Shown here: piece by piece, positions 17,968-26,241 of the stretch
Layout of the letters: each line of letters begins with the position of its first letter
How positions within the stretch are numbered: position 1 is the stretch's first letter
IMG/VR virus record: IMGVR_UViG_3300033146_000658
Coordinates: 5,330-69,329 of that record
Strand: one strand, 5' to 3'
Origin: a virus
DNA length: 64,000 bases
Translations under genes and position numbers: made by a program
Notes under the pieces: model-generated
Database searches by the model: none
What the model was told of the DNA's origin: nothing
The model's input: only the letters and a program-made list of their open reading frames with translations

Positions 17968-20370
17968 ATGACAGATAATATAATGTATTTTAACGGAGAT
18001 GAATTAGCCGCTAAAGTCTGGTATGATAAATACAGACATGATGGAGAGTCCACACCGCTAGATATGCATAAAAGAATGGCAAAAGAATTTGCCAGAATAG
18101 AATCAAATTATAAAAATCCTTTATCTGAAGATGAAATATTATCTTATTTAATAGATTTTAAACATATAATTCCACAAGGGAGTATAATGAGTGGTCTTGG
18201 TAGTAATAAGATAGTATCATTATCTAATTGCACTGTAATAGATTCGCCATTTGATTCTTATGGAGGAATATTCTCTACAGATGAGGAATTAGCTCAATTG
18301 ATGAAGCGGAGATGCGGTGTAGGCGTAGATATATCAACATTGAGATATAATGGGTCTAATGTAAAGAATGCTGCAGGAACATCAAGTGGTGCTGTATCAT
18401 TTTTGAAACGATTTAGTAATACAACTAATGAAGTTGCGCAAGATGGCCGAAGAGGAGCGTTGATGGCTTCAATAGATGTATCTCATCCTGATATTAAAGA
18501 ATTTATATCAGTAAAATCAGATTTATCACAAGTTACTGGTGCTAATTTATCAGTTAGGATATCTGATGATTTTATGAAAGCTGTCGAAAATGTTGATATA
18601 TGGCCATTGGAATTTGAAGGTGAAGTGATAGAATGCGTAGATGCTAAAGAATTATGGGATCTAATAGTTAAGCAGGCTAGAGATAATGCCGAACCAGGAA
18701 TTTTATTCTGGGATAGACATCATAATTATTCAACTAGCTCAGTATATCCCGATTACAAGAATGTTAGCACAAATCCGTGTGGAGAACAAGCGTTACAAGC
18801 ATATGATTCATGTAGGTTAATAGCGTCTAATATGTTAGGGTCAGTAATAAACCCATATACAGAAGATGCTTACTTTGATTATGATAATTACAAAAGAGTA
18901 TGCAGAGTATTAGTTAGATTAAATGATGATTTAGTAGATTTAGAAATTGAATATATTGATAAAATAATTAATCATATAGAATTATCTAAAGAACCAGATG
19001 TTATTAAGTCTAGAGAGATTAATATGTGGAGAAAGTTTCAGGATTCAGGGCGTAAAGGACGTAGAATAGGAGCTGGATTTACAGGATTAGGAGATACTTT
19101 CGCGGCATTAGGATTAGTTTATGGGTCATTAAAATCTAAACGATTCTTGAATATTGTGATGAAAGAAAAAGCTGAATCTGAATTTGAGGAATCTATACAA
19201 TTAGCTAAAGAAAGAGGTGCTTTTGATGGGTTTAGTCCTAAGATAGAAGAAACCTCTGATTTTGTTAAAATGATGAAAGAAGAAATGTATTCTACTTACA
19301 TTAAAATGATGAAATATGGTCGTAGAAACATCAATATATCAACAGTAGCCCCAACTGGGAGTTTAAGTATATTAGCTGGTGTAACAAGTGGTTTAGAGCC
19401 GTTATTTATGCCTTATTATACACGTAATAAGAAAGTTACTGAAGGTGAGGTTGCTGATTTTACAGATGAAAATGGTATTGAATGGAAAGGCCATAATGTT
19501 ATTCATAAACAATTTGAATATTGGATGAAAAAACATTACGATTATGACTGGGTAGATAATATGGATAATTTATCAGAAGCTAATTTACAAATAGCATTTT
19601 CGGTATCCCCATGGCATAATTCAACAGCTAACGATATTCGATGGAAGGATAGGGTGGAAATACAATCTATTATTCAGAAATATACTACTAATTCAATATC
19701 TTCTACAATTAATTTACCAGAAAATACTACTGAACAAGAAGTTAGTGATATTTATATGGAGTCATGGAAAATGGGATTAAAAGGAGTGACTGTTTATAGA
19801 GATGGGTCAAGACAAGGTGTATTAGTATCATCTAATGATAAGAAAGACAAAGATGGCCGTCCGGTATCAATAAATAGACAAAGCTCTCCAAAACGATCAA
19901 AAGACCTAATATGTGACATTCATAAATTAACAGCTAAAGGAGTAAAGTATACTGTTTTGGTTGGTAAATTAGACGATGAGCCATATGAAGTATTCGCATT
20001 TGAGCAACAATATGATTCTATTAAAGGAGATGTTGGTATTCTACGAAAAGCGAAAAGGGGTAAATATGATTTAATTATTAATGAAGATATCTATGAAGAT
20101 ATTAATTTGAATGTTGGAGAGAATGAATTATCTTTAACCAGAATGATCTCTACATCATTAAGGCATGGTGCAGATATAGCATTTATAGTTGAACAGTTAA
20201 ATAAATCTAACGGATTAGTAGTTGGATTTACTAAAGCTATAGCTAGAGTATTAAATAAATATTCCTCAAGGAAGACTAAATCAATATGTCCTGAATGTGA
20301 TAGTGAGAACTATATAGAAGAAGGTGGTTGTGCCAGTTGTAAGGATTGTGGATATTCAAAATGTGGGTAA
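17968..20370 (+). CDS. nrdJ: class II (adenosylcobalamin-dependent) ribonucleotide reductase
   Basis: SLSNC, RRGALM, EPG, TNPCGEQ, APTG, SISSTIN and KGVTVYRDGSR motifs; C-terminal CxxC...CxxC zinc ribbon; no nrdB in the window. Confidence 0.9.
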   Translation: MTDNIMYFNGDELAAKVWYDKYRHDGESTPLDMHKRMAKEFARIESNYKNPLSEDEILSYLIDFKHIIPQGSIMSGLGSNKIVSLSNCTVIDSPFDSYGGIFSTDEELAQLMKRRCGVGVDISTLRYNGSNVKNAAGTSSGAVSFLKRFSNTTNEVAQDGRRGALMASIDVSHPDIKEFISVKSDLSQVTGANLSVRISDDFMKAVENVDIWPLEFEGEVIECVDAKELWDLIVKQARDNAEPGILFWDRHHNYSTSSVYPDYKNVSTNPCGEQALQAYDSCRLIASNMLGSVINPYTEDAYFDYDNYKRVCRVLVRLNDDLVDLEIEYIDKIINHIELSKEPDVIKSREINMWRKFQDSGRKGRRIGAGFTGLGDTFAALGLVYGSLKSKRFLNIVMKEKAESEFEESIQLAKERGAFDGFSPKIEETSDFVKMMKEEMYSTYIKMMKYGRRNINISTVAPTGSLSILAGVTSGLEPLFMPYYTRNKKVTEGEVADFTDENGIEWKGHNVIHKQFEYWMKKHYDYDWVDNMDNLSEANLQIAFSVSPWHNSTANDIRWKDRVEIQSIIQKYTTNSISSTINLPENTTEQEVSDIYMESWKMGLKGVTVYRDGSRQGVLVSSNDKKDKDGRPVSINRQSSPKRSKDLICDIHKLTAKGVKYTVLVGKLDDEPYEVFAFEQQYDSIKGDVGILRKAKRGKYDLIINEDIYEDINLNVGENELSLTRMISTSLRHGADIAFIVEQLNKSNGLVVGFTKAIARVLNKYSSRKTKSICPECDSENYIEEGGCASCKDCGYSKCG

Positions 20371-20371
20371 T

Positions 20372-20962
20372 ATGAAAAGTAAAAAATGTTCAAAATGTAA
20401 AAATATATTACAAATAGATAATTTTGGTTTAAAAAATAAAAAATACAGAAGCGAATGTAAAGAATGTAGAAAGAAAGAAAGGCAAACGGAAAATGGATTA
20501 ATAACGTCTATATATTCATCACAAAAATCTAATTCAAAACGCAGAGGACATTTGATGCCTGAATACTCTAAGATAGAATTAATAAAATGGTTATATAATA
20601 ATAATTTTAAAACATTATATAATAATTGGGTAAAATCAAATTATAATTCAAATCTCAAACCGAGTGTAGATAGATTAAATGATGAAAGATGCTATTCATT
20701 TAGCAATATTAGATTAGTTACTTGGCATGAGAATAATAAGAAAGGATATAGTAATGTAATTAATGGTGTTGATAAAAGAAAATTAAGATCAGTAAATAAA
20801 TATTCTGTATGGGGTTATTTTCTAAGAACTTATTATTCAATATCGCAAGCGGAGAGAGAAACTAATATTAGCAGTAGCCGCATCAGCTCAGTTTGTAAAA
20901 ATGAAAAAGGTACAGCTGGAGGTTTTATGTGGAGATATAATATCGGTATTAATTTAGAGTAA
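20372..20962 (+). CDS. free-standing His-Me finger (HNH-like) homing endonuclease with NUMOD1 domain
   Basis: CSKC...CKEC zinc finger, PSVDRLNDERCYSFSNIRLVTWHEN nuclease core, C-terminal YYSISQAER...AGGFMWRY; likely start ATG at 20372. Confidence 0.75.
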   Translation: MKSKKCSKCKNILQIDNFGLKNKKYRSECKECRKKERQTENGLITSIYSSQKSNSKRRGHLMPEYSKIELIKWLYNNNFKTLYNNWVKSNYNSNLKPSVDRLNDERCYSFSNIRLVTWHENNKKGYSNVINGVDKRKLRSVNKYSVWGYFLRTYYSISQAERETNISSSRISSVCKNEKGTAGGFMWRYNIGINLE

Positions 20963-20980
20963 ATAACAAAAGTGAAAAAG

Positions 20981-21125
20981 GCACTGTAGTAGCTAATAAC
21001 CAGCCCAGTGTGCCCGAAAGACCCGAAATCTTAATCATGAGTGGATACATGATGACGTGAATAATACGAGATTTATCTTGTGCACGCGGCAGGAGATGCC
21101 AAGACAGTGAAGCTGTAGGTTGGTT
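20981..21125 (+). ncRNA. candidate structured non-coding RNA (unassigned family)
   Basis: GC-richer intergenic stretch with several nested complementary stems (see findings). Confidence 0.5.
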
Positions 21126-21145
21126 TTAATAATTAATAATTTAAA

Positions 21146-21430
21146 ATGATAAGAACATGTAGGGCGGGTGACATAGGAGGCATAGTGTTATGTGGGGTTA
21201 ATTCTCGAGCGGACGTAGTTATGTTTAAATCAAAGCCATTAATAAAGGATCAGTTATCGTGGCATATCACTGTAGGCCATTTAAATATGGAGTATTATTC
21301 GGATCAATTTAAGGAATATTACAATAAGGGGTATAGATATGCTTATAATATACATAACAACAAATGTATCGGTAGCGGATTAGTAATAAATAATCGAGTA
21401 TTACCAGTAGGAGTATTTAAAATATTATAA
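21146..21430 (+). CDS. small protein with C-terminal tag (PVGVFKIL)
   Basis: 94 aa; shared C-terminal motif. Confidence 0.7.
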   Translation: MIRTCRAGDIGGIVLCGVNSRADVVMFKSKPLIKDQLSWHITVGHLNMEYYSDQFKEYYNKGYRYAYNIHNNKCIGSGLVINNRVLPVGVFKIL

Positions 21431-21431
21431 A

Positions 21432-21755
21432 ATGACAACAACAAATAGGAATAGTGTGTCTGCTGACCACGTTGCTTTTGTTTTATCGGAATTGCATAAT
21501 GAGGATGTAGAACACCTGTCTCAAATGGAGCAGGAGTTTTACTTCGCATTAGCTGATGCTGTATATGAGATTAAGACATCTAAACGTGTCTTATCGCTAC
21601 TTAATTTATCAAGGATACTCAAGGTGTCTACAAGTGAATTAGATGATTATACAACAGAGATACTTAGTTTAGAGGATCGTTACGAAAAGAACAAGAGAGA
21701 TGAGGTTAAAAGTAGGCAAAAACAATCCGAGGTTCGAGAGAAAAGCGGTCAATAG
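21432..21755 (+). CDS. hypothetical protein (possible HTH)
   Basis: 107 aa; LSLLNLSRILKVSTSEL resembles a helix-turn-helix. Confidence 0.5.
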   Translation: MTTTNRNSVSADHVAFVLSELHNEDVEHLSQMEQEFYFALADAVYEIKTSKRVLSLLNLSRILKVSTSELDDYTTEILSLEDRYEKNKRDEVKSRQKQSEVREKSGQ

Positions 21756-22152
21756 AAAAGATTACCAAGTAGAGTTTGAGAAATCAGTAGAACGTGAAGA
21801 ATGGACTAATAGAATGGGTATTATGACACTGCAAATAATAGTAAATGTTATGTCAAGCAGAAGATTGCCATTTAATAAATATAATTACCAGAAAGATGTA
21901 GTTGCTGAAGAAACATATTATTTAGTAGTCGAGAAGTTACTTGCGCAAATATTATCAAAATATAAGCCAGGCAAAGGCAGGGATGCATTTACATTTGTTA
22001 GTAGTTTTGCTCACAATCAGACCATAAAGATGCTTAGAAAAGTATTGAATAATGGTATTGGTTCAGAGACAGAATTTATTAAACAGAGAAATAATAAACG
22101 AGGGAATGGACACCCTAGTTATTTAGATTATACAATAGTGTCCATAAATTAA
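21700..22152 (+). CDS. putative sigma-70 region-2-like transcription factor
   Basis: LSKYKPGKGRDAFTFVSSFAHNQTIKMLRK resembles the sigma region 2 pattern KFDPxKG..F.TY....N....LRK. Confidence 0.45.
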   Translation: MRLKVGKNNPRFERKAVNRKDYQVEFEKSVEREEWTNRMGIMTLQIIVNVMSSRRLPFNKYNYQKDVVAEETYYLVVEKLLAQILSKYKPGKGRDAFTFVSSFAHNQTIKMLRKVLNNGIGSETEFIKQRNNKRGNGHPSYLDYTIVSIN

Positions 22153-22209
22153 CTTATTATAACTATTATATGTAACTTGTGTTTTATTAATTTAAAAAAC
22201 AATTTATAT

Positions 22210-23064
22210 ATGAGTAATAAAAAAGAAGTAGAATTTTTAGTAGAAAAGTTCGTAAACAACACGTCTTACGCGGGAGTTGGAGCTCCATTAATTGCCAGAA
22301 TGTTTGGTGTTAGCGTGAATAGTGTAAAGATGGCTAAAGGTATAACTAAGCTAAAGATGGCTGAGTTAGTTAATCCAGGAAAAAGGAATGTCTTATTTAT
22401 AGGAGATTTGCATGCTCCATTCATGCATAAAATGGCAATTCCATTCATTAAGCATATGCTAGAAAATAACAATATAACAGATGTTGTTTTAGCAGGCGAT
22501 ATACAAGATAATCATTTTTCATCTTTTCATGATGTTGACCCTGACGGAATGTCGGAGAATGACGAATTTAATAAAGCTAAACAACAAATTCAAGCTTTAT
22601 ATAAATTAGTTCCAAAAGCAATGGTATGCTCTGGTAATCACGATGTTATACCGAACAGAAAGGCATTTGCTGCTGGACTATCAAGTAGATGGATAAAGGG
22701 CATATCAGAAGCGCTAGGTGTTCCTGGATGGGAATTTAAAGACTTCCATGAAATTGGCGATTTTATATTCACTCACGGAATGTCTCAGCAAGCCATTTCT
22801 AGAGCGAGGAATTTAGGGAAATCAGTTGCTCAAGGCCATTATCATTCAAAATTCGGTATCAGATCATTCTATGATACTGGCGGAAAGAAAATGCTTTATG
22901 CTATAGATAGTGGTTGTTTAATTGACTCACAAGCGTATGCATTTGATTATGGTAAGTTTGGCCCTGTCATGTTAAAAGGGTTAACTGTAATTAATGATAT
23001 AGAAGGTATTCCATCTGTATCTCAAATGACATTAGATCAATTTATTGATATCTATAATGGGTAA
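22210..23064 (+). CDS. calcineurin-like metallophosphoesterase
   Basis: GDLH, GD, GNHD, THG and GHYH motifs; ATG at 22210 preferred over TTG at 22177. Confidence 0.85.
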   Translation: MSNKKEVEFLVEKFVNNTSYAGVGAPLIARMFGVSVNSVKMAKGITKLKMAELVNPGKRNVLFIGDLHAPFMHKMAIPFIKHMLENNNITDVVLAGDIQDNHFSSFHDVDPDGMSENDEFNKAKQQIQALYKLVPKAMVCSGNHDVIPNRKAFAAGLSSRWIKGISEALGVPGWEFKDFHEIGDFIFTHGMSQQAISRARNLGKSVAQGHYHSKFGIRSFYDTGGKKMLYAIDSGCLIDSQAYAFDYGKFGPVMLKGLTVINDIEGIPSVSQMTLDQFIDIYNG

Positions 23065-23260
23065 GATGGTTATGAAATGGGAGTGTTTAACCTGCGGAAA
23101 GGTGAATACTTCCGATTCTTCTGTTACGCATCAATTAGATATGTGTAGTTGTGGGAATTCGGGAATAGATCTAGAGGAATATTATACTAGATTTATAGGA
23201 GATGTAAGGGAAATATCAACTGAGAAATATGATGACGATGGGAAAATCACTAAGGTATAA
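23045..23260 (+). CDS. small zinc-ribbon protein
   Basis: CLTCG...H...CSCG. Confidence 0.65.
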   Translation: MISIMGKMVMKWECLTCGKVNTSDSSVTHQLDMCSCGNSGIDLEEYYTRFIGDVREISTEKYDDDGKITKV

Positions 23261-23558
23261 TGAAGGCAAGCCAAAATGGAGCCAAGTTCATTTTGAATCC
23301 TTAATCCCAATGGTTAGAATGTTGGAATATGGAGAAATTAAATACGGTAAGTCGAACTGGAAGATTGGGTTGGACAAAACTGAGATACTAGAAAGTTTAT
23401 CTAGACATCTGTTTTCGTTAATGGACGGAGAAGAGATTGACAAGGAGTCAGGAATGACTCATATTGGAGCGATACAAGCTAACGCAATGTTTTGGGTGTA
23501 TCATAATAACAAAAGTAAAGAGAATGTTGAAAAATGTATAAATTATGAAGGAGGTTAA
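23229..23558 (+). CDS. dATP/dGTP diphosphohydrolase domain protein (DUF5664-like)
   Basis: GKPKW, YGEIKYGKSNWKIG, RH and DKESGMTH motifs. Confidence 0.8.
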   Translation: MMTMGKSLRYNEGKPKWSQVHFESLIPMVRMLEYGEIKYGKSNWKIGLDKTEILESLSRHLFSLMDGEEIDKESGMTHIGAIQANAMFWVYHNNKSKENVEKCINYEGG

Positions 23559-23575
23559 TCATATCACAGGTTAGA

Positions 23576-24064
23576 ATGATATCCGATTTACATTTCGGGC
23601 ATAAATGGATGGCTCATCATCGTGGATTTCAGGACGAATTCTACCAAGATGAACATATTGTTGAACAATGGAATAAAGTTGTTCATAAGAAAGATTTAGT
23701 CTATATACTAGGCGATGTCACAATGGAGTCTAAAGAGCATTATTATCGTTTTAACACAATGAATGGAAGAAAAGTAGTTGTTTTAGGCAACCATCATAGA
23801 TGGCAAGATACTGCCGAATTACTTAAATACGTGGACGGTGTAGCTGGAGTTATAAGCTACAAGGGATTTATGTTAACGCATATTCCTGTTCATTCAAAAG
23901 AGTTGTATGATAATGATTTTAAGACCAGATGGAGAGGAAACATTCATGGACATATGCACGAACATACACTTGATGACAAGATGTATTTTAATGTATCAGC
24001 CGAAAGACTAGATTATACGCCTATATTATTTACTGACATTTTAAAAAAGATGGGAAAGGAATGA
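23576..24064 (+). CDS. calcineurin-like phosphoesterase
   Basis: SDLHFGH, LGD, GNH, THIP and HGHMH motifs; frame is open a few codons upstream (ATA-SQVR), so the true start may be 23561. Confidence 0.85.
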   Translation: MISDLHFGHKWMAHHRGFQDEFYQDEHIVEQWNKVVHKKDLVYILGDVTMESKEHYYRFNTMNGRKVVVLGNHHRWQDTAELLKYVDGVAGVISYKGFMLTHIPVHSKELYDNDFKTRWRGNIHGHMHEHTLDDKMYFNVSAERLDYTPILFTDILKKMGKE

Positions 24065-25878
24065 TATTTATGAGTTTAGAAGCCAGCCCTGCATTGTGTG
24101 GGGTTGGTTTTCGCAATACAGAAGGAGTGTCTATAGTTTATCTAATCGGTTCAAAAGTTAATGAGGTTGATGAGATAACTAAAATGGTCAAGAAGCATGG
24201 TGTTTTGTGCGGTTATAACATTAAGAAATATGACAGTATTATATTGTCATATATAATGAATAATCACGGAGCATCAGCTCATGATATATTTGAATTTTCT
24301 CAGAACATTAAAAAAGTATTGAATGATCACTCTCACAATAGTAGTGAAGATTATAGAACGTATAAAAACAAGACCTACAGAATAGGTTATGTTGATTTAC
24401 AAAAAGTTAATGACTTAAAGAGTGAGAATTTACTAAAGACAGCAATATCTATAAACTTTGAAAATGTAACGCATTTAAATACTGACAAGTTAAATATGTC
24501 AGAGTCATTTAAAGGCCATTTAAAGGAGTTTATTGAAAGAAAGGTAGAAATCATCCATTCGTTATATAATAAGTCGCTAGAGCGTCTTAAAATACGTAAG
24601 TATCTCAGTAAGGAGTATAATGAAGATTTAATGTGTAGCACTAATTCAACAGTTGCTTCAATGATTCTTCAAAAGAAATACACGGCCAAAACTGGTATAA
24701 GTAAATGGGATTTATACAAATCAAGACAAGAATATAGTTTTATTGAGTTAAAAGATATTCTACCGTATCACCTAAAATTTAAGAATAAGTCTATTACAGA
24801 TTTGTTTGAAAGATTGAAGAGTGTTACGTTATCTGAAAATAATTCAAAGATCGACGAACAAGTTATAACTAAATCAATAGTGCATAATTTCAAAAGGGGC
24901 GGATTGCATAGTGTAAGTAAGCCTGGAATTATAAAGCCGCCTGATGGTGGAAAGTTGATTTATTTAGATTTTAATACATTTTATGGGAAACTAATTATCC
25001 AGCAAGATATTAGGCCAAATCATGTGTCCGAGAGGTTTTTGGAAGTTATAAAAGACTTGATTGAATTAAGAACTAAACTTAAAAATAATGACAATCCTGC
25101 ACATAATATGATAAAGCGCACAATTGCGTCTATATCTGGTAACTTATCAGCTAAAAAATCAATGTTTAGAGATTTTAAAGCGGCCGTAAAGTTATATATG
25201 TTTGGGCAATTTACATTATTAAAAGTTATAGATAATGTTGAGCTTGTAGATGGTGTAGAATGTATTTATTCAAATACAGATGGCATTATACTCAAAGCTG
25301 AAGAAAGTAGCTTAAAAGGGCTTAAAATAGCGTTAAATCAAACATCTGAAGAATTAGGCATCCCATGGGAGACTAAACTACTTGATAGATTAATATATCT
25401 TGATGTAAATAATTACGCTATTACAGGAATTGATAATGAATTTGACGGGGTTGGATTGTTTAATAACGAAGTTAAGATAGGCGATGCATTAAGAGCCCCT
25501 ATTGTGACAAAGGCAATTAATAATTACTTCATTGAAGATATTCCTGTAGAAAAGACAGTTATTGATGGTAGAGATGACATAAACAACTACACTTACTCCA
25601 GTAGTATTGAGAGTGATAGTGTGGCTAGTTATGAAACTCAACACGAGAGCATTGCTTTAAGTAGAGAGAACAGATACTATGTATCTCAATCTTTCGGGAA
25701 TATAGTTCATAGGAAGATGAATAGTAAGCATTGGAAACCATTAATAACTGGTTATCATTGTAGGCCTATCAATAAAGTCGAAGACAAAAAATATAGAAAG
25801 ATTAATTTTAAATATTACATTATGAAAGCGAATAAAGTAATAGATAAGATTGACGATAAACAACTAACACTTTTTTAA
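24061..25878 (+). CDS. family B DNA polymerase (crAss-type, divergent)
   Basis: GYNIKKYD (ExoII), GGLHS, YLDFNTFY (motif A), YSNTDGI (motif C), DVNNY; C-terminal QLTLF clamp-binding motif. Confidence 0.8.
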   Translation: MIFMSLEASPALCGVGFRNTEGVSIVYLIGSKVNEVDEITKMVKKHGVLCGYNIKKYDSIILSYIMNNHGASAHDIFEFSQNIKKVLNDHSHNSSEDYRTYKNKTYRIGYVDLQKVNDLKSENLLKTAISINFENVTHLNTDKLNMSESFKGHLKEFIERKVEIIHSLYNKSLERLKIRKYLSKEYNEDLMCSTNSTVASMILQKKYTAKTGISKWDLYKSRQEYSFIELKDILPYHLKFKNKSITDLFERLKSVTLSENNSKIDEQVITKSIVHNFKRGGLHSVSKPGIIKPPDGGKLIYLDFNTFYGKLIIQQDIRPNHVSERFLEVIKDLIELRTKLKNNDNPAHNMIKRTIASISGNLSAKKSMFRDFKAAVKLYMFGQFTLLKVIDNVELVDGVECIYSNTDGIILKAEESSLKGLKIALNQTSEELGIPWETKLLDRLIYLDVNNYAITGIDNEFDGVGLFNNEVKIGDALRAPIVTKAINNYFIEDIPVEKTVIDGRDDINNYTYSSSIESDSVASYETQHESIALSRENRYYVSQSFGNIVHRKMNSKHWKPLITGYHCRPINKVEDKKYRKINFKYYIMKANKVIDKIDDKQLTLF

Positions 25879-25879
25879 T

Positions 25880-26194
25880 ATGGAAAATAAAATATATCCA
25901 GTAAATGTATTACATAGGTTCTTGGATAAATATAAGGCAAGATATGTTTTTATTAAGAATATAGCTACTGCTAATTCGTCCTCCGGTGATGAAGCTAATG
26001 ATATACTTAAATTATACAATGAGGGGCATGTTAATGAAAGAACTATTACGGGATCATTTGGATGGATAGAGAGGGAGTATGAAGGGGATGTAACGTTATG
26101 GATGAGAATAGATCAAGAATGGCGTGATGCTATTGAAAATGGTAGTATTAGGGAATATATACCAAATAATATTGGTATATTGAAGTTATTATAA
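25880..26194 (+). CDS. small protein with C-terminal tag (NIGILKLL)
   Basis: 104 aa; last gene of the + strand block; shared C-terminal motif. Confidence 0.7.
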   Translation: MENKIYPVNVLHRFLDKYKARYVFIKNIATANSSSGDEANDILKLYNEGHVNERTITGSFGWIEREYEGDVTLWMRIDQEWRDAIENGSIREYIPNNIGILKLL

Positions 26195-26241
26195 ATAAAA
26201 AAGGTGCGTCCGGACAAAATGTCTAGTCGCACCTTTTTTAT
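26195..26241. terminator. bidirectional rho-independent terminator
   Basis: AAAAAAGGTGCG (26197-26208) and CGCACCTTTTTT (26228-26239) inverted repeat between convergent gene blocks. Confidence 0.9.

Noticed and set aside
20981-21125. Assignment of the structured region as tRNA, hammerhead ribozyme or cobalamin riboswitch
   Set aside because: There is no cloverleaf/T-loop, the CUGANGA...GAAA core is not matched, no B12 box is evident, and it lies downstream rather than upstream of nrdJ.
17968-25878. Inteins or group I introns in nrdJ or PolB
   Set aside because: Both ORFs are uninterrupted, of ordinary or short length, and show no intein terminal motifs.
1755-26194. C-terminal tag as a DNA repeat, attC-like site or promoter
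   Set aside because: Nucleotide differences fall mainly at synonymous positions and there is no palindromic structure; conservation is at the peptide level.
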